DNA of 64,000 nt, taken from a virus. Its lineage: Duplodnaviria; Heunggongvirae; Uroviricota; Caudoviricetes. Shown here one piece after another: positions 58,008-64,000 of the stretch. Every line of letters begins with the position of its first letter. Position 1 is the first letter of the stretch. The translations under genes were made by a program, and so were the position numbers. The notes beneath the pieces were generated by a model. That model worked only from the letters and a program-made list of their open reading frames with translations. It was not told where the DNA came from and ran no database searches. Location of the stretch: the IMG/VR virus record IMGVR_UViG_3300030616_000569; one strand, written 5' to 3'.

Positions 58008-59770
58008 AAATACTTGATTGTACTATACGAGATGGTGGGTATACAAACCATTGGGGTTTTACAGAAAAAGATGTCATCCGTGTATATGAGTCGATATCAT
58101 CTGCTGGAATTGAGTATTTTGAGGTTGGGTTCATTGGACCAAAGAAGGAAAAAGGAAAGTGGCAACATCTCTCGAAACATGAGATTATAAAGGTGTTCGG
58201 TGAAACATCTGGATCTGATATCGGTGTTATGATAAATTACAAAACAAAAACTACAGAGATACCAGACGGTGTTAAAATGGTTCGTGTTGCTACACATAAA
58301 GACACTGCCATTGATGCTATATTATTTTCAGAGGGTATAAAAGAATCTGGATATGTGACAAGTCTACAGTTAATGGGATATTCGACAATGTCTGATAAAG
58401 AAGTGAATTCTATTTGTAAGCAATTGAATAGAACTTCAATAGATTATGTATATGTTGCTGATAGCTATGGGTCAATATATCCACATGATATGAAAGATAT
58501 ATTGGATCCACTTCTATCTATAAAAAATATAAAGGTTGGATTTCATCCACACAATTCATTACAGCTTGCATTTGCCAACTCCCTAAAAGCAATAGAAATG
58601 GGTGTAGACATAATTGATGCTTCTTTAATGGGTATTGGTAGGGGTTCTGGTAATTTACCTCTAGAGCTTATTGCAGCTTACTTTAGAAGCAAATATAACG
58701 TAATACCGTTATTAAATTGTATAGATGATGTAATAGCGAAATATAGATACACGAATTATTGGGGATATGATCCTAGATATATGCTGTCTGGGGTGCTAAA
58801 TATTCACCCATATTATGCGAAACAAAATAGATCACTTGAAAGGGTTTGGAGATTAATAAATGAAAAAGATAGAAATTCTATTGGCTTTTCACAAGATGTA
58901 TTAGATGATTTATTGGACAAGGAATCAGATATGAGTAAAAACAAAATTGGTAAAGATGGTCTTCTTAAGACACCATTATCAAATGAATTTAGGAATGTAT
59001 TATCTAATAAATTCAACTATGGTCGTCACACAAAAAAGGCAATTAGAACACTTTCGAATATTGAGAGATTTAAAACATATTACAAGTATGACAAATACAC
59101 AGAAAAATTAGATGAGTTAGATAATAAACACAGTGGTGAAAGAGCATTTCTTATTGGAAATGGTCCATCATTGGTCGACACAAATCTAGGTCTATTGAAA
59201 AATGAGATTACATTTTGTGCAAATACGTTTTTCAACGCAATGAAAAATACTGTTATGAAACCAACATATTATGTTGTCAGTGATCCATGTGTTTTAGAAA
59301 GTTATCATAATGAAATATTAAGTTTGGATACCACAGTGATTCTAAACAATGGTGCTGCACACTTACAAATGAACAGATGTTATCCATCAAATGCAAAAGA
59401 TATTCATATGACAAAAAAACTTGGATTAAGTTATTTCAAGAATGATTTTTCCAAAGATGCTAGACATGGGATATACTCAACAAAGTCTGTTTTGTATGTG
59501 ATGTTACAATACGCATATTTTATGGGTTTTAAAGAGGTATATCTTGTTGGTTGTGATTTTTCATTTTCTGGTGAAAGATTTGATAAAAGTGAAACAACAA
59601 GAAAAGAAGGAGATGCTATGGCAAATCCTGATTTTTATAAGATTATTATGGAAGGACTTGAATTTGCAAAGTATAATTATGAATGTGATGGAAGGAAAAT
59701 AATAAATTCAACAATAGGTGGAAATTTGACTATGTTTGATCGAAAAGAACTTGAGGAAGTGATAAATTGA
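58004..59770 (+). CDS. fusion: DRE-TIM metallolyase (HMGL-like aldolase) domain + DUF115/Maf-like domain
   Basis: N-term MKILDCTIRDGGYTNHW (LRDG motif); C-terminal AFLIGNGPSLVDTNLGLL ... VYLVGCDFSF like second DUF115 gene at 49199. Confidence 0.55.
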   Translation: MKILDCTIRDGGYTNHWGFTEKDVIRVYESISSAGIEYFEVGFIGPKKEKGKWQHLSKHEIIKVFGETSGSDIGVMINYKTKTTEIPDGVKMVRVATHKDTAIDAILFSEGIKESGYVTSLQLMGYSTMSDKEVNSICKQLNRTSIDYVYVADSYGSIYPHDMKDILDPLLSIKNIKVGFHPHNSLQLAFANSLKAIEMGVDIIDASLMGIGRGSGNLPLELIAAYFRSKYNVIPLLNCIDDVIAKYRYTNYWGYDPRYMLSGVLNIHPYYAKQNRSLERVWRLINEKDRNSIGFSQDVLDDLLDKESDMSKNKIGKDGLLKTPLSNEFRNVLSNKFNYGRHTKKAIRTLSNIERFKTYYKYDKYTEKLDELDNKHSGERAFLIGNGPSLVDTNLGLLKNEITFCANTFFNAMKNTVMKPTYYVVSDPCVLESYHNEILSLDTTVILNNGAAHLQMNRCYPSNAKDIHMTKKLGLSYFKNDFSKDARHGIYSTKSVLYVMLQYAYFMGFKEVYLVGCDFSFSGERFDKSETTRKEGDAMANPDFYKIIMEGLEFAKYNYECDGRKIINSTIGGNLTMFDRKELEEVIN

Positions 59771-60510
59771 ATATAATTGGTGTTATTCCTTCAAGATATG
59801 ATTCCACAAGATTTCCTGGAAAACCACTCAAAAAGATAAATGGCAAAGAGATGATTGATATTGTTTATGAAAACTCTATGAGATCAAACAAATTAAACAA
59901 TGTCATTGTTGCAGCAAAAGACAAAGTGATATATGATCATTGCAAAAAGAGGGATATTAATGTTTTTTTGACTTCTGGAAAGGACAGATGTGGAACAGAT
60001 GCAGTATATGAAGTATCAAGAAAGCACGATGCAGATTTTTATGTAAATATACAAGGTGATGAGCCTATGTTAAAACCAAAGACTATTGGTGATTTTGTAA
60101 CTTCATTAGTATCTGAACACAAAATATATCATTTGATTGATACATTTAATTCTATGACAATATGTTCAAAGGATGATTTGAGTAATAAAAATGTTCCAAA
60201 GGTTGTAGTAAACAAACATAATTTTTGTATTTTCATGTCTAGGTTTGCAATACCATACAAAAAATCTTCATATTCTCCAATTCGGTATAAAGAGATTGGC
60301 TTGCATGCATATTCTGAATCATCACTTGAGAGATTTAAGAGACATGAAAAAAGATATATTGAAAAAGCAGAATCAATTGAATTTTTAAGGTATATTGAGT
60401 ATGATGAAATTGTTAAAATGATTTATCTTGATATAGATTATATAACACATGCTGTTGATGTACCAAGTGATATTGAATTAGTAGAGAAGTTGATTGGTAG
60501 CCAGGTGTAA
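59767..60510 (+). CDS. 3-deoxy-manno-octulosonate cytidylyltransferase-like (KdsB family)
   Basis: IIGVIPSRYDSTRFPGKPLKKINGKEMI and NIQGDEPML match KdsB. Confidence 0.65.
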   Translation: MNIIGVIPSRYDSTRFPGKPLKKINGKEMIDIVYENSMRSNKLNNVIVAAKDKVIYDHCKKRDINVFLTSGKDRCGTDAVYEVSRKHDADFYVNIQGDEPMLKPKTIGDFVTSLVSEHKIYHLIDTFNSMTICSKDDLSNKNVPKVVVNKHNFCIFMSRFAIPYKKSSYSPIRYKEIGLHAYSESSLERFKRHEKRYIEKAESIEFLRYIEYDEIVKMIYLDIDYITHAVDVPSDIELVEKLIGSQV

Positions 60511-60512
60511 TT

Positions 60513-61088
60513 ATGTCTTACGAAAGTAATATATATTCTGGTATCATATTTGATGTTGATGGTGTTATAATAGATTCTGTTAAAATAAAGACTGATGCAA
60601 TGAGACGTCTATTTCGTAATAATGAATCCAGTATTGATATGGATCTTGGTGGAAAATCAAGAAGTGAAAAAATATCCTATTTTTATAAGAAATTCAATAA
60701 TAAAGAAATATCTAAAGAGAAATTGGAGTGGATGGTAGGGAAATACTCTCTATATGTATATGATAAGATTATTAATGCAAATATATCACAGGATATTCTT
60801 TCTTTACTGGATAATGATAGTTATAATTTCTATGTAGTATCTGGAACACCTGATTCTGAATTAAAAACAATATTAAGTGATATTGGAATTATAGATAAAT
60901 TTAAGCATGTGTATGGATCAGATAATAAAGAGAAATACGAGATTTTATCTGATATTAAGGCACGTGAATCACGTGTGATATACATTGGTGATACAGAAAA
61001 GGATCGTTATGAGTCAAGAAAAGCAAATGTTGATTTTTTGAAATATAAATTTGGAGATGATGTGTTATGCAACATGTTTTGCCATTAG
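60513..61088 (+). CDS. HAD-superfamily hydrolase (KdsC-like sugar phosphatase candidate)
   Basis: Motif I IFDVDGVIIDS; motif III/IV region IYIGDTEKD. Confidence 0.55.
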   Translation: MSYESNIYSGIIFDVDGVIIDSVKIKTDAMRRLFRNNESSIDMDLGGKSRSEKISYFYKKFNNKEISKEKLEWMVGKYSLYVYDKIINANISQDILSLLDNDSYNFYVVSGTPDSELKTILSDIGIIDKFKHVYGSDNKEKYEILSDIKARESRVIYIGDTEKDRYESRKANVDFLKYKFGDDVLCNMFCH

Positions 61089-61849
61089 ATCGTGATTGGG
61101 AGATTTTGTTATTTATGGATGCTTGCCGTTATGATTATTTTGAGAAATGTAATACATTCGATGGGAATCTTGAACCATATGATATCGGGTGCAACGGAAC
61201 ACTAAAATATTTTGATTTTTTGTTCAGAGATCAAGATTGTAGTGATGTGATCTTCATAAACCATTTATTTTGGTTTCATAAATGGTATGACAAAAGTAAA
61301 TTCTTTAAGGTTCACGATGCTTGTAATACACATTGGAATCAGGATTTTGGCACTGTGTTACCAGAAGATATGTCAAAATTGGCACTTGAATATGCCTTGA
61401 AATACCCAAATAAAAGAGTTATTGCACATTATGCACAACCACATATCCCTTATCTTGATAGGCCAAAGAATCTTGTGAAGAAAAAGACTGAGCAACAATG
61501 TGTCTATTCTACACCAATGAAGGGATCTATTGCAAAACTCTTAAATAAGTGTAAGAACATATTCCCTGCTATGCCTTTTTGGATGATAGAGCGGATTTTC
61601 GGTGGAAATGCAGGTGTCGGTGAGATATATTTCAGTGAAGGGTTTGCAGGTTTAAAAAAATCATATGAGTATAACATAAGACGTGTTTTAAAAAGTATTG
61701 AGGAAATTATTGATAAAACGGATAGATTAACAGTTATTACATCAGATCATGGCAAACTGATCGGTGAGTATTTCATGTTTAGTCATGGATGGTGGAAACC
61801 AAAAGCTGTTACTACTGTTCCATGGTTTGAAGTTAAGAGAGGTGAATAA
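61067..61849 (+). CDS. alkaline-phosphatase-superfamily-like (metalloenzyme) protein, low confidence
   Basis: MDACRYDYF and ITSDHGKL motifs. Confidence 0.35.
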   Translation: MQHVLPLDRDWEILLFMDACRYDYFEKCNTFDGNLEPYDIGCNGTLKYFDFLFRDQDCSDVIFINHLFWFHKWYDKSKFFKVHDACNTHWNQDFGTVLPEDMSKLALEYALKYPNKRVIAHYAQPHIPYLDRPKNLVKKKTEQQCVYSTPMKGSIAKLLNKCKNIFPAMPFWMIERIFGGNAGVGEIYFSEGFAGLKKSYEYNIRRVLKSIEEIIDKTDRLTVITSDHGKLIGEYFMFSHGWWKPKAVTTVPWFEVKRGE

Positions 61850-62580
61850 TGAAAAGTAAAGAACATTTTGATAAAGTCGCAGATCAATGGAATAATAAAG
61901 TATGGGCAAAAGACAAGCAATTTGCATCAGACATCGTTCAATTTGCTGATCTTATGGGGTATGAATCTTCACTTTATGTTGGTATTGGTACAGGTGAAAT
62001 TGCAAAAAGATTTAATTGTGGAAGCATGATTGGGATTGACATATCACGCAAAATGTTAGAACAGAATAAAGTTATGAGTAAGGATAGACTTATTATTGGT
62101 AGTGCATTGGAAATTCCATTTTTAGATAATACATTTGATTTTGTTTTTGCACGTAATCTTCTGAAACATGTTGAAGATCCGAATGTAGTTCTTGGTGAAA
62201 TGAAAAGGGTTACAAATTCTGGTGGATATGTCATGACAGTTGAGTCTTGTGTATCAAAAATTTCTGATAAGAAATATCCTAATTTCTGTGTTAGGACGAT
62301 GGAACCAGATCACAATTCATTTAAAACACACTCTGAAATTATTAATATGTATGTTAACAACAATTTTTTTGCTATTGATGATTTATTATATACCCAAAAT
62401 GCAAAGTGGTTGAAGAAGTGGATTGAATCATCCAAAGCAACTAAATCAGTTTCTGATGACATACTAAATGTTTATAGAAATGCATCAAAATCATTTCTGA
62501 AGAGACAAAATGTAGTATTTACAGATGATGATGATATTAAAAGTGATATATTATGGTCTTTTATTAGGGCAAAAAAATGA
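61849..62580 (+). CDS. class I SAM-dependent methyltransferase
   Basis: VGIGTGEIAKRF motif I; DFVFARNLLKHV. Confidence 0.55.
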   Translation: MKSKEHFDKVADQWNNKVWAKDKQFASDIVQFADLMGYESSLYVGIGTGEIAKRFNCGSMIGIDISRKMLEQNKVMSKDRLIIGSALEIPFLDNTFDFVFARNLLKHVEDPNVVLGEMKRVTNSGGYVMTVESCVSKISDKKYPNFCVRTMEPDHNSFKTHSEIINMYVNNNFFAIDDLLYTQNAKWLKKWIESSKATKSVSDDILNVYRNASKSFLKRQNVVFTDDDDIKSDILWSFIRAKK

Positions 62581-62879
62581 TACAATGGTTAATAGAACAG
62601 ATAGAATATTTCGTAGACCAATTCTGGAGAGCACCAGGTCATGGAAGTGGCGATGGTGGAATACCTTTTACTTTGGAGTACATAATAAGGTGCGAATCAA
62701 CCCACTTCCTATTCTCTTTGTTTATGGGATGGCTGGTGTTCTCATTGATCTTGACCATCTTGTCATCCAACAGATTCAAAGGGTACGACCATTTCATGTT
62801 GAATATCTCATTGCTATGGGGATTATTTGCTTCTGTTACAACACATATGCTTATAGATGCGTACACAAGAATAGCTTAA
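62577..62879 (+). CDS. small membrane protein
   Basis: ATGA overlap; TM FLFSLFMGWLVFSLILTIL; alternative overlapping frame 62525..62905 not preferred. Confidence 0.3.
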   Translation: MIQWLIEQIEYFVDQFWRAPGHGSGDGGIPFTLEYIIRCESTHFLFSLFMGWLVFSLILTILSSNRFKGYDHFMLNISLLWGLFASVTTHMLIDAYTRIA

Positions 62880-62882
62880 ATA

Positions 62883-63086
62883 TTGGTGAACAAAATGAAA
62901 AGTAAAAATACATTAGGTGATAAACTTATCATGGGTGCGATATCACTATTAGTTTCTACAATTATTATTGCAGTCAATATACTATTTTTGATTTATATAT
63001 TGAAACCAGAAGATTTACTAATGTCATTTATGATGATGATGATACTAGCAATCTTTTTCCACTGTGTTTATAATACATTCAAATAG
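62883..63086 (+). CDS. small membrane protein
   Basis: 67 aa, 2 TM. Confidence 0.35.
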   Translation: MVNKMKSKNTLGDKLIMGAISLLVSTIIIAVNILFLIYILKPEDLLMSFMMMMILAIFFHCVYNTFK

Positions 63087-63095
63087 ATAAAAAAG

Positions 63096-63836
63096 GTGAA
63101 AAATATGAATATTGTTGTAATTGGAAACGGAATGATCGGATCAAATATTGCAAAACAAATGCGTGAAAGAAATATTGATGACATCTACACTGTTGATATA
63201 GATCCAAAAACAAAACCAGATTATACGAATATGTTGGATTTTTATAATGACAAAGGTGTCGCTGATGTTTACATTATTGCTGTATGGACACAGGATCAGG
63301 TCTTAAAGATTACTGGTTCGATTGTGTATAGAAATCATCCATTGATATCACTTGAGACGGCATGTGATATAGGTACATATCATGAAATGAAAAAGATTGT
63401 TAAGAATAATGCAGATCTTGTTGTTTTTCATGAGAGGTTTGTTGATCGTGATCCTAGTCATAATATCTTTAATCAACCACGTGTTATGGGTGGTGATTAT
63501 ATCTCTGGTCGTAGATTCTATTTGAGATATATGTTATGGGAAAATATAATTGTTACAAATGATCCTGAACTTGCTGAGATATGTAAAGTTGCTGAGAATG
63601 CATATAGATATGTTGAAATTGCTACTGCACAGGAGTTGAAGATGATGGTTGATGAAAGATTTGATGAGTTAAGACGTCTCATGAACACCAAATGGAATAT
63701 CAACATGCTTGAGGCACGTGATGGTATAGGTGGACATTGTTTAGGTAAAGATATTAATATTATAAATAAAAGGTGGAATAAGAATGACATATTCAAAGCA
63801 GCAGAAAAATCAAACAAAAAATATGTATCACATTAA
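63096..63836 (+). CDS. compact UDP-sugar 6-dehydrogenase-like protein
   Basis: N-term NIVVIGNGMIGSNIA Rossmann and catalytic-Cys motif GIGGHCLGKD (cf. GGSCFPKD); only 246 aa. Confidence 0.45.
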   Translation: MKNMNIVVIGNGMIGSNIAKQMRERNIDDIYTVDIDPKTKPDYTNMLDFYNDKGVADVYIIAVWTQDQVLKITGSIVYRNHPLISLETACDIGTYHEMKKIVKNNADLVVFHERFVDRDPSHNIFNQPRVMGGDYISGRRFYLRYMLWENIIVTNDPELAEICKVAENAYRYVEIATAQELKMMVDERFDELRRLMNTKWNINMLEARDGIGGHCLGKDINIINKRWNKNDIFKAAEKSNKKYVSH

Positions 63837-64000
63837 TATATTGCCTTTTAGTCTACATAAGGGACTAGGCAAACATGCAAGGTTTGATGATAATGGTGTG
63901 CTACAAAGCAGAATACCATATAACAACTTTTTTTCTTACCATGCGACTGCAATATCCTCATTTGCTATTACAACAGATGACACGAATAAAATGTATGATC

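Noticed and set aside
62525-62905. ORF 62525..62905 (126 aa) overlapping 62577..62879 in another frame
   Set aside because: Only one of the two overlapping frames can be real; 62577 has an ATGA junction with the upstream gene and a clear TM helix, so it was preferred, but neither is confidently coding
1-64000. Alternative genetic code with TGA as sense (prompted by the in-frame TGA in the aRF1-like gene)
   Set aside because: TGA terminates many genes here in ATGA/GTGA overlap junctions (e.g. 632-634, 3010-3012, 18499-18501, 22168-22170) and no TCA-anticodon tRNA is present; standard code fits the window
1-64000. CRISPR arrays, rRNA genes, IS elements with terminal inverted repeats
   Set aside because: No regularly spaced direct repeats, no rRNA-like conserved stretches and no transposase-like ORF were seen; only the protein-coding tandem repeat at 17620-18039 and short repeats near 43000

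Overview
The window is strongly AT-rich, gene-dense and almost entirely coded on the + strand. Genes are tightly packed, often with ATGA/GTGA stop-start overlaps, and carry GGTG/GGAG Shine-Dalgarno-like motifs. Several independent signals point to an archaeon or an archaeal virus/provirus rather than a bacterium. The tRNA genes lack encoded CCA, and four of them carry short 16-56 nt introns at the canonical 37/38 position flanked by bulge-helix-bulge-like structure. tRNA-Tyr has C1:G72, tRNA-Gln has A1:U72, and tRNA-His has an encoded G-1:C73. One secreted protein ends in a PGF-CTERM archaeosortase signal, and TTTAAATA TATA-like boxes sit upstream of genes.

Content, 5' to 3':
1. A dockerin-like / cohesin-like pair (631-1729).
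2. A tandem family of 8 paralogous genes (1738-7172) sharing a roughly 22-aa conserved N-terminal motif, (K/R)GW(Y/H)xExxRHSLAxRGI(K/Q)T, with unrelated C-termini. The family is interrupted by a papain/C39-like cysteine peptidase that carries thrombospondin-type-3 Ca-binding repeats and a PGF-CTERM anchor.
3. A block of giant secreted and membrane-anchored proteins (7471-26353). Several carry LamG/ConA-like modules and are packed with N-x-S/T sequons. The block includes tandem 20-aa repeats, a phage-tail-fibre-like repeat protein and a secreted metallophosphoesterase.
4. Miscellaneous genes (26355-34475), including a P-loop ATPase, an SPFH protein and a wHTH protein.
5. A 6.6-kb tRNA array (34645-41206) with 24 tRNAs covering all 20 amino acids, mostly with U34 anticodons. 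It is interspersed with Zn-ribbon mini-ORFs, a Zn-finger/PD-(D/E)xK nuclease, phosphoesterases, and a miniature aRF1/eRF1-like release-factor gene whose reading frame carries a single in-frame TGA.
6. A tyrosine-recombinase-like gene (43100-43654) preceded by repeat-rich DNA.
7. A large nonulosonic/ulosonic-acid glycan island (43710-63836). It encodes NeuC-, NeuB-, NeuA- and KdsB-like enzymes, a HAD phosphatase, PP-loop amidotransferases, an acetyltransferase, an epimerase/dehydratase, two DUF115/Maf-like domains (one fused to a DRE-TIM aldolase), a sulfotransferase and methyltransferases. Many of these enzymes are conspicuously shortened.

No rRNA or CRISPR array was seen.
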